Of a stretch of DNA of 64,000 nt, positions 20,552 through 31,292 are shown in pieces. This DNA comes from an uncultured delta proteobacterium (lineage in GTDB: Bacteria; Desulfobacterota; Binatia; UBA9968): positions 32,001 through 96,000 of the forward strand of contig CAWDPO010000003.1 in NCBI GenBank assembly GCA_963804165.1, read 5' to 3'. The notes beneath the pieces were generated by a model. It did not search any database. It saw only the letters and a list, made by a program, of their open reading frames with translations, and was not told the origin of the DNA. Made by a program: the position numbers and the translations under genes. Every line of letters begins with the position of its first letter. Within the stretch, counting starts at the first letter, position 1.

Positions 20552-21496
20552 TTATTTCTTTTGTGTGCGCGCGAGAGCCTGCAAGAACTCGCGTGCGAAC
20601 TCGGCGGGTTGAGTCAGAAAACCGACGTGACCGCCGGGCAGCTCGATTAATTCCCGACCGAGCTTCTTTCCCAGTTCCACGTTTACTTCATAGGTTGGAT
20701 GGCCGCGCGATTCCCGCCCGGCTATCAGCATGATCCGATCGGCATGCGCTTTGAGCGCGTCAATGTCGAGGCCGACTGCCGGATACTGGCGCAGCTCGTG
20801 CTCAAACCAGTAGGTGGCATTGGCAAGAATATATTCGCTGTTCTTGGGGTCCGTCGCACGGGCCATGAGCTGCCGGTCTGACTCCGCGAATGTTTGCTCG
20901 CGGAACTTCTTCAGCGCCGGCTCTATCCCGGATTGGCGATAGAGGCTGTAAACATCAAGGAAGAAGTCGATCCACTTCTGTCCATCGGTCAATAGCCTCA
21001 TCGCCGGCGGCTCGTGCGGAACGAGCGTGCGAACCACGGAAGGGTGGCGAATGAGGACTTCCAAGGCAACGATGGCTCCGGAGCTGCCGCCGAAGACGAT
21101 CGCGGGCTCGTCGCTCAAGTGCTCGATCAAACGCCGCACATCATCGGCATCAGTCGCGAGCCGACGATCGTAGTCCTGCGGCCCATCGAGTCGGCTCCGG
21201 GAAAAGCCGCGTCGATCGTAGATGACAACGGTGTAGTGCGCGGCCAGATGCTCCGTCACGCGTTTGAAGCTGTCGGCCGTGCCACTAGCCCCCGGAACCA
21301 TCAGCATGACCGGGCCGCTGCCGTGGGTCTCATAATAGAGACGAGCGCCAGGAACTTGGAGAATACTCGTTTGGATCTTGTGCTGCGGATAAGTCCGAGT
21401 GATCGCGCCGCACCGCGCGGCCAGCGGCAGAACGGCCATCGCGGCAAGCCCGCGGCAGAATGAGCGTCGTGTAAAGAATAATGGCTGCGTCGTCAC
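20552..21496 (-). CDS. Alpha/beta hydrolase
   Basis: YDRRGFSRS, GGSSGA, HEPP, PGGHVGF; possible Tat-like leader TRRSFC. Confidence 0.8.
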   Translation of the reverse strand: MTTQPLFFTRRSFCRGLAAMAVLPLAARCGAITRTYPQHKIQTSILQVPGARLYYETHGSGPVMLMVPGASGTADSFKRVTEHLAAHYTVVIYDRRGFSRSRLDGPQDYDRRLATDADDVRRLIEHLSDEPAIVFGGSSGAIVALEVLIRHPSVVRTLVPHEPPAMRLLTDGQKWIDFFLDVYSLYRQSGIEPALKKFREQTFAESDRQLMARATDPKNSEYILANATYWFEHELRQYPAVGLDIDALKAHADRIMLIAGRESRGHPTYEVNVELGKKLGRELIELPGGHVGFLTQPAEFAREFLQALARTQKK

Positions 21497-21525
21497 GCTT
21501 CTCTCTCCTATTTGGGATAATCGAG

Positions 21526-22066
21526 TTAGTGGGGCGGCGCCGCAGGGATCGGATGCGATTCTTTGCGCCGCTCGTGCTGCTTACGGGTTCCGTACCAAGT
21601 CATGCCCCACGGCTTGTACACCGACAGCGTCGTGGTCACGAGCAACACCAGCAGGCCAACCCCGGCGTGGAGGAGTTCGCCCCGCAGGCCGCCGAGATTG
21701 GCACTGTCCGTCTCTGCCGCTATGCCAGCAAAGTAGCTCACCGTCGGCATGTGCAGCAGCAAGATGATGGTGGCAAAGATGGTGATCAGGAGTTTCACCA
21801 GGACCCAATAGTGCCGGAACAAGCCCCACGGCGTGCCCAGTGACAGGATAAGTCCGGTAAGCAGTGAGGCGAGGCTCAACGGGACGATGACGAACCAGCC
21901 GATCAACTCCATCGCGATCCAGGCGGCACGCACCATCTGAGCATCCTGGCTGGTCAGAGCGGCGACGGCGAGAGCTAGGTAAGGCAACGACCGCGCCGAG
22001 CCAGCCGACCGAGGAAGTGACATGCGCGGTGAGCACGAACTTGCGGAGGCCGGGTGTCATGGTCAT
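21526..22066 (-). CDS. DUF2269-like membrane protein; frameshift near 21985
   Basis: LTAHVTSSVGWLG in one frame joins LSLGTPWGLFRHYWVLVKL...LSVYKPWG in another. Confidence 0.65.
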
Positions 22067-22072
22067 GGCTGC

Positions 22073-22261
22073 TTACACGCCGTGTTCTATGGGTAGTGTG
22101 AGGCCACCTAGGCCGAGTATGGCCACCAAATGCCGATAGGCCCGATGAGGTGCAGAATGACAAACAGCAGGATCAGGACGATGAACGATGATCCCAAATA
22201 CTTTCACCCAGCGTGGTGTGCTGGGGGTCGATCCGCGGTCGGGCACGTGGGTTTGTGACAT
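22073..22261 (-). CDS. Small membrane protein (frameshifted)
   Basis: GGAGA RBS, TPRWVKVFGII then a hydrophobic stretch in the shifted frame. Confidence 0.4.
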   Translation of the reverse strand: MSQTHVPDRGSTPSTPRWVKVFGIIVHRPDPAVCHSAPHRAYRHLVAILGLGGLTLPIEHGV

Positions 22262-22316
22262 GGTTGTTTCTCCCAGGATAATTTGACAGGTTCCACGCAG
22301 AGACTACGGCGTTTCG

Positions 22317-22383
22317 CAAATGAACATCAATAATCAAAGCGCGGGATTTGTTCATTTGTGAACAGTGTGAGCGAATTGTTCAG
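22317..22383. promoter_or_regulatory. Two TGAACA...TGTTCA inverted repeats, candidate TetR operators
   Basis: caaatgaaca-N-tgttcatttg and tgaaca-gtgtgagcgaat-tgttca between divergent tetR and target genes. Confidence 0.55.
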
Positions 22384-22426
22384 AAACCTCACTCTCGACA
22401 CTCCGCTCAACTGACGAGGATGGTTC

Positions 22427-23020
22427 ATGACGAAGACTGACCGCGGGTACAGCGTACGCGCGAACTGCTGGAAAGGCGCTGATCGAACTGATCGGCGAGC
22501 GTGGATATGATGCGATCACGATTCAGGACATCGTGGATCGCGCCAACGTCGGGCGGACCACCTTCTATCTGCACTACAGCGGCAAAGAGAATTATTCATG
22601 AGCTGCCACGCAGGCATCGTCAGCAAGTTCCATTTCGGCCGACTCCACCCCCTCTCCCGAGAAGAACTGCTGTCGCCTGAAGCGCCACCGGGGATGATAG
22701 CGGCATACCGGCATCTTCAAGATGCGCGGGCGCTCTTGTATCCGATTTTTCAGGGCAAGGATAGTCTGCTGATCCTGCGGCGAATCCGTGACTGGAGCGC
22801 ACAGGAAATCAAAGCCAGCCTGCGTGCCGCCTTTGCCGAAGGCGACAGCACGATCCCGTTCGACGTGCTGGCGAACTATCTGGCGGGGGCGCAGATCGCG
22901 CTGGTGCAATGGTGGCTGGAGAAGCGCCAACCCCACACACCCGAAAACCTAGCGCAGACGTTCCACCGCTTGCAGCGCGCGGCCATCCGCGATGCGTTTC
23001 GGCTAAGAGATGGTGAGTAG
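22427..23020 (+). CDS. TetR/AcrR family regulator with several frameshifts in the 5' part
   Basis: HTH GYDAITIQDIVDRANVGRTTFYLHY readable at about 22500-22580; C-terminal ORF 22598-23020. Confidence 0.75.
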
Positions 23021-23355
23021 GCACGTTTGACGCCGTGTTTTGCAATGCCGTCATAATGCATCTGGACTTGAGCATTGGTTTGGGCTGATGATCAGTGCAA
23101 ACATGACATCTGGACCAGCAATTCAGGAGTGAGCTTTGAAACAACGGGCGGATGGAGCGATTCAATGGCTCCTCGAAGGCGACCCTGCCGTTCGGTTGTG
23201 ACTTCGGTTTGTCCGCTGCTAACCGCCACGCGCGACGCGGATCAAATGAGCGGTCGATGGATTGCGGTGATTGAGGACTGCGAAGAGTCGCAATTGTATT
23301 TTGTGTCGTGGTAACGAAACAGTTCTACAGGCATTCAAATGAGGGAGGTACAGCG

Positions 23356-24244
23356 ATGAAACGGGACCTGGTTGGCTATGGCAAGAACCCACCCCGAGTG
23401 GAATGGCCCGGCGGCTCTCAAATTGCCGTCTCACTGGTCGTCAACTACGAGGAGGGTTCCGAGCTCACGCCTGTGTACGGAGATAAAAGACACGAGACCA
23501 ACGGAGAAATACCCTCGCGCAAGCCGCCCGAAGCGCGCAGTCTGCAGACGGAAACCCAGTGGGAATACGGTGGGCGAGCCGGCGTTTGGCGACTGTTGCG
23601 CCTGCTCGAGGAGTACCAAGTCAAAGCGACCTTCTTTGCGTGTGGCATGGCATTGGAGCAAAACCCGCCCGCTCGGCCGTGAGATTGCTGCTCGTGGCCA
23701 CGATGTTTGCGGACACGGGTTGCGTTGGGCGGAGCAATGGCATCTTGACCGCGCCAGCGAAAAGGAAAGCATTCACCAAGCCGCGACATTGATCGAGAAG
23801 ATGACAGGCCGCAGGCCGCTGGGCTGGTTTACGAAGTCCGGGCCCAGCCTCAACACGCGCGAGATTTTGGCGGAGGAAGGCTTTCTGTATGATTGCGACG
23901 GTATCAACGACGATCTGCCCTACTACACGGAGGTGAAAGGGAAACCTTGGCTGGTGGTTCCCTATGCTTTCGACAGCAACGACGGCAAATACTGGCGCGG
24001 CGGTTGGAGCAACGGCGAGCAATTTTTCAGCTACTTAAAGGATAGCTTCGATATGCTCTACAAGGAAGGCGCCACTCATCCCAAGATGTTGTCGATCGGC
24101 TTGCACTCGCGCGTGTCCGGGCGTCCAGGGCGAGCGATGGCTGTGGCGCGATTCATCGAGTATGCGAAAGGCTTTCCCAAGGTCTGGTTCGCCGGCCGCG
24201 ATGAGATCGCCCGCTGGTGGCTGGAACGATGTCCGCGGGCTTAA
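23356..24244 (+). CDS. Polysaccharide deacetylase family, PuuE (allantoinase)-like; frameshift near 23665
   Basis: RDLVGYG..PP..WPGG, VVNYEEG, EYGGRAGVWR, GHGLRW, DDLPY, MLSIGLH.R.SGRPGR. Confidence 0.85.
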
Positions 24245-24287
24245 AAAAGGTCGCATCGCGGGAGAAACTAAGGAAAGGGAAATAAGC

Positions 24288-25061
24288 ATGCGGATCATGT
24301 TTCTCACTCATCTGCCGGAGAACCCCAAGGCGAAAGAAAGATATGCCAAGATCCAGGCCCAACTCAACGGTTACGCCTCCGCGGGCACTCAAGTCGAGTT
24401 GTGCTTTCCGGACGATTATCCGGGGGCGAAGCTTTCCGTGAGTCTCAGCGCGCGCAACGAGGTGCCGGGAATTTATCACGTGCTGCAAACGCCGGCGATT
24501 ATCCGAAAAATCGTTTGGGCCGAGAAGAACGGTTACGATGCCGTGGTTCAGAGCAATACATTTGACCCTGGTGTGGAGGCGGCTCGTCAGGCGGTGCGCA
24601 TTCCGGTCATCGGCGTGTTTCGCACGGCGCTTCACGCGGCTTCCATTCTTTCCAACTCGATCGCGATCATCGCGCCCCTCGAGGAGCACATCGCCTACGC
24701 ATGGCAGATCGTTCACGCCTACGGGATGCAGGGCTTTGTCAAAGACATCAGCGCGATCGGCCTCTACGACGAAACTGCGGAGAAGCGAATCGACGAGATC
24801 TTTGCGCGCGCCGTTGAAATCATGCGCGCCACCATCAAGAAGACCGGCGCAGGCTGCATCATTCCTCTTGGCGGCGCGGTTGTTCCAACCCTTGTCTCTC
24901 CGAAGGATTTAGAACGGGAAGTGGGCGTGCCGGTCCTGAACACAAAAGCGATCGGCATTCGATTTGCCGAGATGTGCGTTCAGCTGGGCATGACCCAAAG
25001 CGCTGTGAATTATCCGCTCGCGCAACTTCGTTACGAAGATTTCACAGCGTTCGCCAAGTAA
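24288..25061 (+). CDS. Asp/Glu/hydantoin racemase family protein lacking catalytic Cys
   Basis: AEKNGYDAVV..FDPGVEAAR..VRIPVIG; GVPV. Confidence 0.75.
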   Translation: MRIMFLTHLPENPKAKERYAKIQAQLNGYASAGTQVELCFPDDYPGAKLSVSLSARNEVPGIYHVLQTPAIIRKIVWAEKNGYDAVVQSNTFDPGVEAARQAVRIPVIGVFRTALHAASILSNSIAIIAPLEEHIAYAWQIVHAYGMQGFVKDISAIGLYDETAEKRIDEIFARAVEIMRATIKKTGAGCIIPLGGAVVPTLVSPKDLEREVGVPVLNTKAIGIRFAEMCVQLGMTQSAVNYPLAQLRYEDFTAFAK

Positions 25062-25080
25062 AAGCCCTGTCTAACAGGGT

Positions 25081-25153
25081 GTTCAAAGTTCAAGGTTCCA
25101 AGTTCAACGTTTCATTCGATCGTACCTTGAACATTGAACTTTGAACCTTGAAC
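25081..25153. repeat. GTTCAA/TTGAAC 7-bp-period hairpin array between convergent genes
   Basis: gttcaaa-gttcaag-gttccaa-gttcaac ... ttgaaca-ttgaact-ttgaacc-ttgaact. Confidence 0.7.
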
Positions 25154-25209
25154 TGCACTCGCTTCGAACGGGTGCTAATCGTTGTGTGCCGGCGACCCGT
25201 CACACCCAT

Positions 25210-26610
25210 CTACGTTAGCGCCGGGCGCTGGTAGCGCCACGGCGTTGCTTGCTCGTAGGTGTGCGATATGCGCAGGATCGTTGCTTCATCGAAAGGCTTG
25301 CCGACGACTTGCATGGCGAGCGGCAAACCCATCTGATCAAATCCGATGCAGATGGAAATAGCAGGATTGCCGGTCACGTTGAAGACTGCGGTCAGGTTTG
25401 GCCGCTGAAAAAAATGGGTCGATTTGTCCTCGCTCATTTTCGGCGCCGGACCATAGGTGCAAAGCGTCACCATGGCGTCGTAGTTGGCGAATAGGGTCTG
25501 CATCTCGGCGACGAGTTTGGCGCGCTGACGCTGCGCCTGGATGTAATCCACCGCGCGGATCAGGCCGCCCGGGAGAGCGCGAAAGCGCAAGTTAGCGCCG
25601 TAATCTTCATATCTTTCGATCAAGTCTTTTTCGTGGACGGCAAAGAATTCCGCCTCGGCGATAATCACTTTACAGTCGTCGTACTCCTCCAGTTCTCGGA
25701 GTTTCACGTCCTCGAACACCGCGCCGAGTTTCGTGAGTTCTTGCAACGCGGCTTCGAATGCGCGCCGCGTTTCGTCTTCGGGAGGTAGATGCGGTTCATA
25801 GAAGTGACGGATAACACCGATGCGCACTCCGCGAATTCCATCGTTCAACGCCGTGGTGTAGTCGGGCACTGGAAGATTGGCGCTGCCGGGATCGTTCGGG
25901 TCATAGCCGGCAATCGCCTGAAGCATGATCGCGCAGTCCTCCGCAGTCCAAGCCATCGGCCCGCAGTGATCGAGGGAGAAAGAATAAGGGATGACGCCTC
26001 TTCGGCTGACCCTTCCATAGGTCGGCATGAGCCCGGCGATGCCGCAGAAGGAAGCCGGGTTGCGAATCGATCCGCCGGTGTCTGTTCCCAATGCGCCCAT
26101 CACCAGCCCTGCAGCCACCGCTGCCCCCGAGCCCGTGCTCGAGCCGCCCGTGAATCCATGCTCGGGATTCCATGGGTTTCGTACGGCCGGCCAAGCCTGG
26201 TCGGTAGAGGGACTGCCATGGGCAAACTCCAGGCAACCAAGCTTACCCAATAGGACGCAGCCGGCTTCTTTGAGGCGGCTGAAGACCGTCGCGTCTTCGG
26301 CTGGAATATGATCGATGAGAACCTTGGAATGGGCCGTAGTGCGTATGCCGGCAGTTTCGATCAGATCTTTCAGACCGATCGGTATGCCATGCATCGGACC
26401 CCGATAGCGACCGGCGGCAATTTCCGTTTCGGCCGCCTTGGCTTGGCGCAGTGCTTCTTCGCGAGTCACCAAAATGAAACTATGAATACGAGAGTCGATG
26501 GCCTCTATGCGGTGCAGGAAAGCGTTGGTCAATTCCACCGGCGACAATCGTTGGGATTTCAACAGCAGCCCGGCTTCGGCGATGGATAGATAGCAGAGTT
26601 CACCAGACAT
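25210..26610 (-). CDS. Amidase signature family enzyme (GatA/AtzE-like)
   Basis: GLKD, GGSSTGS, GTDTGGSIRNPA (Lys-cisSer-Ser triad intact). Confidence 0.92.
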   Translation of the reverse strand: MSGELCYLSIAEAGLLLKSQRLSPVELTNAFLHRIEAIDSRIHSFILVTREEALRQAKAAETEIAAGRYRGPMHGIPIGLKDLIETAGIRTTAHSKVLIDHIPAEDATVFSRLKEAGCVLLGKLGCLEFAHGSPSTDQAWPAVRNPWNPEHGFTGGSSTGSGAAVAAGLVMGALGTDTGGSIRNPASFCGIAGLMPTYGRVSRRGVIPYSFSLDHCGPMAWTAEDCAIMLQAIAGYDPNDPGSANLPVPDYTTALNDGIRGVRIGVIRHFYEPHLPPEDETRRAFEAALQELTKLGAVFEDVKLRELEEYDDCKVIIAEAEFFAVHEKDLIERYEDYGANLRFRALPGGLIRAVDYIQAQRQRAKLVAEMQTLFANYDAMVTLCTYGPAPKMSEDKSTHFFQRPNLTAVFNVTGNPAISICIGFDQMGLPLAMQVVGKPFDEATILRISHTYEQATPWRYQRPALT

Positions 26611-26619
26611 GGTGAGATT

Positions 26620-26811
26620 CTACCTCCGAATAAAAGCACTCGCCGGTTCGTCGGCGCGCTTGAGATCCTTGCGCAGCCGGCCTGCCGCCGCCTCAAGTCT
26701 TGCGACCACGGCACAACACACCTCCAACTGCTCAGCCGGGAGCGTAAAACCGGCGCGCTTGAGCATCAGGGCGACGTCCTGTTCCGTTGGTTGATGAGTT
26801 TTATCTGCCAT
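26620..26811 (-). CDS. Small GatC/AtzG-like accessory protein
   Basis: 63 aa helical protein ending EPASAF, 9 bp upstream of the amidase, with RBS. Confidence 0.55.
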   Translation of the reverse strand: MADKTHQPTEQDVALMLKRAGFTLPAEQLEVCCAVVARLEAAAGRLRKDLKRADEPASAFIRR

Positions 26812-26992
26812 GGTTCATCTCCTTCGGACCTGTGGCCAATTGCGGGGGCATAAAGAAAAAGGTTCTTTACTTTGCTTAGAATGACACTTGAGGTTGCGTT
26901 GTCATCCTGAACGAAGTGAAGGATCTCGTTTAAGTGAATCATCACAGTTCTTGTTACCGGTCCCTGTTGCTAGCGAAATCATTTCAGCAGGT

Positions 26993-28387
26993 TCAACGTA
27001 AAGCGGATAGGCCACAGTCGAAGCCATCGGGTTTCAGATCGGGATGATCTTTGAAGTAACGGATCCAGATTTCCCGGCTCACGCGATCCGCTTCACGAAT
27101 GACCTCTTCTTCGTCCATCGAGAGCACTGTGCCATCCCGCAGCAGCCAGCGTCCGTCGACCATCACGGATTCCACGTCGCGGGCCTGCCCTTGGTAGACG
27201 AAAACGGCGACGGGACGTAATGTCGGGACCAGATGAGCGTGTTTAGTACTGACGACGATGAAGTCGGCCTTGCTCCCGACTTGCAGGATTCCACAGCCCT
27301 TTAAGTTCAAGGCACGGTAGCCGTTAACCGTACCCCAGAGCATTGCTTCCTCGGGCCTCGGGCGCTCACTCTCGTTCAGACGCAACCGCTCGATCAACAC
27401 CGCGCTGCGCAGTACCTGCACCATGTCCTCGGTGAATTCGTCTGTGCCCAGAGCGATCCTGCAACCGGCGGCCTCCAAGTCTGTAATCCGCGGAGTGTTG
27501 CCCGAACGTGCTGCGACCACCGGATTGAAGCTGACTGAAGCTTTCGAAACCCCAAGAATCTTTTCTTCTTCCGGCGTCATGCAACGGCAATGAGCCGCAA
27601 CCAGCCGCTCATGGAGAAATCCATGGCGGGCCAAATATTCGGTGGGTAGCATTCCGTAGCTGCTCTTGATCACTTCGACTTCGCCCCAATATTGATTCAG
27701 GTGGATGGTGGCGATGGTGTCGAGTTTTTCCTGCAAGTCGCGCAGCCCGCGCAAAAGCTCAGAAGAAACCATGTCCGGAGCGTGAGCGGCAACCGCGACC
27801 GTGACGCGGCCGTTTTCCGCGCCGTGCCACTTGGCGTGAAGATCAGCGATTCGCTGTAGGCCCTTGTCGGCGAGTTTCGGATCGGCTTCGAAGACGCCCG
27901 GCTCGCCGACCCGAGCTCCTTTGGCGCGGTCCGATACTTGTTCAGCCAAGACAAGGCGGAGTCCGGTCGAGACGATGGCTTCGGCGTAGTCCTCAATGTT
28001 GTTTGTGATATCCATGGCGGCAGTGGTGCCGCTGCGCAGAGCTTCGAGCGCCGCAAGGCGGGCCATGGCGGCGCGCTGGTCCGGTCTCAGCGATGGAAAT
28101 GGAACCCGGCCTTTGCGAGTAAACGGAGGCCGGTTCGGCGCGCTTTGATCTTCGGAGATTCCACGCGCAAGGATTCTAACGAAGTGCGTGTGACAGTTGG
28201 CGAAACCAGGCATGACCAGCTTGCCGCGTCCATCGATGCTCTCTGCATTGGGAAAGCGCGCCATGACTTCGTGGGTCGGGCCCATGGCTGCGATCAAGTC
28301 GTTTTCAATGGCAAGGGCGGCATCGAAGTGAACGGATGGGTCGCGCTCGCCGGTTACGACCGTGGTGTGGTGAATGATAGTGGTCAT
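26993..28387 (-). CDS. Metal-dependent amidohydrolase (SsnA/TrzA/AtzA-like)
   Basis: PGFANCHTH, HAPD, IHLNQ, AAHC, LGTD. Confidence 0.88.
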   Translation of the reverse strand: MTTIIHHTTVVTGERDPSVHFDAALAIENDLIAAMGPTHEVMARFPNAESIDGRGKLVMPGFANCHTHFVRILARGISEDQSAPNRPPFTRKGRVPFPSLRPDQRAAMARLAALEALRSGTTAAMDITNNIEDYAEAIVSTGLRLVLAEQVSDRAKGARVGEPGVFEADPKLADKGLQRIADLHAKWHGAENGRVTVAVAAHAPDMVSSELLRGLRDLQEKLDTIATIHLNQYWGEVEVIKSSYGMLPTEYLARHGFLHERLVAAHCRCMTPEEEKILGVSKASVSFNPVVAARSGNTPRITDLEAAGCRIALGTDEFTEDMVQVLRSAVLIERLRLNESERPRPEEAMLWGTVNGYRALNLKGCGILQVGSKADFIVVSTKHAHLVPTLRPVAVFVYQGQARDVESVMVDGRWLLRDGTVLSMDEEEVIREADRVSREIWIRYFKDHPDLKPDGFDCGLSALR

Positions 28388-28396
28388 GGACAGCGA

Positions 28397-29413
28397 TCAG
28401 CGCACGTTGAAGATCTCTTGATACAGTTTTATGACCTCGGAGAAATTTTCATACTCGCCGGGATTTTCGACGATCCGCTTGTATCCCCCGAACAATCGCG
28501 CGGGCTGCGGTTTGACATCTTCACGGACCGGTATGCGGCTCAAGCCAACCAGTTGTTTTTGTCCCTCTTCGGAAAGCACGAAGTCGACGAAGAGTTTGGC
28601 CGCGTTGGGATGCGCAGACTTGGCTCCAAGCAACAGAGGATTGATCTGCGTTGAAACCGGCTCCAGAGGAATCCAGTCGATGGGCGCGCCCTCCGAAGCC
28701 GCCCGCTGAATAATCGGCGCGAAGGAAATAATCAGCGGGAATTCTCCGGCAGCGGCAAGCTGGACTCTGTTGGTGTCGCCGCGCATGACGGATGGCTGCT
28801 GGGCCGCTAGACTTTTGAAATAAGCAACAGCTTTGTCCTTGCCCCAGGCGGTAATAAGGCCGGCAAGCAAGTTATAAGAAGTGTTGTCGACGGAGATTTT
28901 TTGCCCTTTCCATTTAGGATTGAGGAGCTCCTCATAGGTCTTGGGCACCTCGTCTTTTTTGACCCACTTGGTGTTGTATCCCAAAGTGTAAGGATTAACG
29001 TAATACCCGGTCCAGTAGCCGTTCTTGTCGAAAAGATCCGCGGGGATTTTTTTGGTCTCAGGAGAGCGATAAGACGCCAGGAGCTTTCTCTTCATCAAGG
29101 GCAGAAACATATCCCCTCGAGTAAGGAGCACATCCCATAGGTGCCTGCCGGCGCGATCCTCCGTGAAGATTTTGTTGAGCATCGCGTCGCCGCCAGTGCG
29201 AAAGAGATCCACCTCGATGAAAGGATATTTCTTTTGAAAGGCATCCACGACCTGCTTGCTCTGGCTTAAAGTCATCGTCGTCCAATGGACTAGACGCTTT
29301 TCCTTTTTTGCGCCTTCAATCAGCGCCGAATCCAACCCTCCCTGCGGCCAGCCAGCAGCGGGGAACAAGCCTGAAAACAAGATGACCAGAAAGGATCGCG
29401 CCAACGTCTTCAT
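28397..29413 (-). CDS. Extracellular solute-binding protein (SBP_bac_6/AfuA-like)
   Basis: GAKKE, FQKKYP, YNT, PKTYEELLNPKWKG, HPNAAKLFVDF. Confidence 0.85.
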   Translation of the reverse strand: MKTLARSFLVILFSGLFPAAGWPQGGLDSALIEGAKKEKRLVHWTTMTLSQSKQVVDAFQKKYPFIEVDLFRTGGDAMLNKIFTEDRAGRHLWDVLLTRGDMFLPLMKRKLLASYRSPETKKIPADLFDKNGYWTGYYVNPYTLGYNTKWVKKDEVPKTYEELLNPKWKGQKISVDNTSYNLLAGLITAWGKDKAVAYFKSLAAQQPSVMRGDTNRVQLAAAGEFPLIISFAPIIQRAASEGAPIDWIPLEPVSTQINPLLLGAKSAHPNAAKLFVDFVLSEEGQKQLVGLSRIPVREDVKPQPARLFGGYKRIVENPGEYENFSEVIKLYQEIFNVR

Positions 29414-29784
29414 CGAGTTTCTCCCGACGTCATTCGGCCCTTGTTTTATACAAATTCAGTCGCCAATTCTGGCTGCCAGTCGCCCGAGCGTTCCACTTAC
29501 GAGCCAGCGGTCGTTAAATCTCCCTATAGTACAGGCGCAGCGCCAAAGCCAAGCTCCGGGGGAGTCCTTTAAATTCTGTCTCTTAGTTTTCCACCAACGC
29601 CGTTTTTTGCGTGCTGAAAACCTTGTCGCGTTCGTTAGACATGCTGAGTCGGATCGAGTACATCGAAGGCGTGAGAGATTTGCAGCCCTTTTAGAAATGC
29701 GCCGGGCGAGCGCAAGCGATTGAGAAAACGAAAACGGGAAACGTTCCCGGCTTTCCGTCTCGGAGCTTCTCCCACATTGCCCAC

Positions 29785-30220
29785 ATGAGTAAAACGAGGT
29801 GGATTGTCTTTGCTGGGTTTGTTGCGACTTTTCTTGTCGCCATATACTGGCACTATTTTAGCCGCGCAAGCATCCCGCATGAGGCCATCCAGCTCCATCT
29901 TAGACTAACGGCTGCCAGTATTTACGAATTTCACAAAGTGACCGGCCGTTGGCCGACGGTGACCGATGATCTTGCCTCGACCTCGCTTCCACAAACCAGC
30001 CCGTACTGGCGGACCTTGATCGATAATGGTTCGGTGGCAATCGTCTGGCACAACGACCTCAAGCCCGATCCCAAAGACAATGCGTCTTTGGTGCTGACGT
30101 ACAACAACGCGGGCTTGTTCTCGAAGTTACGGACGGGTTTGGGTATGCTGGGGCGATTTGCGGACGGAGTACGTGAAGGAAGAGGTGCTGCGCTCGAAGC
30201 TCAAGAGTCAGTCGCGCTAA
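29785..30220 (+). CDS. Hypothetical membrane-anchored protein; frameshift near 30135
   Basis: N-terminal TM helix; shifted frame gives RVWVCWGDLRTEYVKEE...* at 30220. Confidence 0.45.
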
Positions 30221-30403
30221 CCGGTGCACCCGTCCCAACTAGACCAAGATCGCACGGGAATAGTAGTGTGTTCAGACAAATCGCTGTTGATCCGCGCGAC
30301 GGCGACGAATACAGTCGGCCGCAGCTGCAAAGACTACGGAGCGTTCGCTCTGCCGCTTTCACCGATGAACTGGCCAAACAATTTTTTTTGACGGAGGGTC
30401 AGC

Positions 30404-31159
30404 ATGGAAAAGCTAATGCCGAAATTTCGCTTCGGTCACATCGATCCAGCCGCCGTCGAGGCGCGCAGGGCGAGACGCGGGCCCGGTTACGAGTTTTATC
30501 AGATCGTCCCGACCAATATCATGTTGGTGACCGCCGTTCTGGGCATAAGGGACTTTACCCGCGAGGCGGTCGAGGCCGCGATCCCCAACTACTGGAATTG
30601 CGTCGAGGCATTGGCGGAAGAAAAAGTCGATGTTTTTGTCCTGGGGGGTACTCCCGTATCGGCGCAGTTGGGACGAACTCGGGTGGTGCGACTGCTAAAG
30701 GAGGCGGAGGACAAAACCGGCATACGCGGCGACGCGCCGCTGGAAGCGGCGATTGCGGCGATGAAGCATCTGGGATTGAAAAAGATTGCCGTGGGCGGAC
30801 GCTGGACCGATGAATTCAATCAGGCCGTCATCCGTTATTTGAACGAAGGCGGGATCGATGTTGTCGGCATCACCAAACGCGGCCAATCGGGCAAGGAGGC
30901 TTTTGCCATGTCGTTGGAGCAAGGCCTAAAGCTGGCGTTGGAGGTTGGTCGTGAGGCGGCGCGCATGGCTCCCGATGCCGAGGCAATTTTGGTTCCCGGC
31001 GGAGCCACCATGAGCCTCCATGTCATACCGGCGATCGAGGAGGAATTCGGCAAACCGACATTTACCAGAACGAGCGCCGAGGTGTGGCGCAACCTAGTTC
31101 ATCCCGGAATTATTCCGCCGGTAACCGGGTGGGGGCAGCTGCTGGCCTCCAGCAAATAG
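30404..31159 (+). CDS. Arylmalonate decarboxylase/maleate isomerase-like protein (Cys-less)
   Basis: YEFYQIVP, AMKHLGLKKIAV, IEEEFGKP, GWGQLL. Confidence 0.75.
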   Translation: MEKLMPKFRFGHIDPAAVEARRARRGPGYEFYQIVPTNIMLVTAVLGIRDFTREAVEAAIPNYWNCVEALAEEKVDVFVLGGTPVSAQLGRTRVVRLLKEAEDKTGIRGDAPLEAAIAAMKHLGLKKIAVGGRWTDEFNQAVIRYLNEGGIDVVGITKRGQSGKEAFAMSLEQGLKLALEVGREAARMAPDAEAILVPGGATMSLHVIPAIEEEFGKPTFTRTSAEVWRNLVHPGIIPPVTGWGQLLASSK

Positions 31160-31292
31160 TGATAGGCGCGACCTGAGAATCGGCGCGCACACTATCGAGC
31201 TGACCGCTAGTGTGGCGTCTCAGAAGTTCGTCTAAAAAGTCCAAACGATGGCAGCCTCTGAAGTTGAACTCAAATCCCCCTTTGTCCCCCTT

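Noticed and set aside
25210-26811. gatA/gatC of the tRNA amidotransferase
   Set aside because: No gatB, and the context is catabolic.
29785-30813. 342-aa ORF as one protein
   Set aside because: Read-through caused by a frameshift near 30135; it overlaps the real gene at 30404 out of frame.
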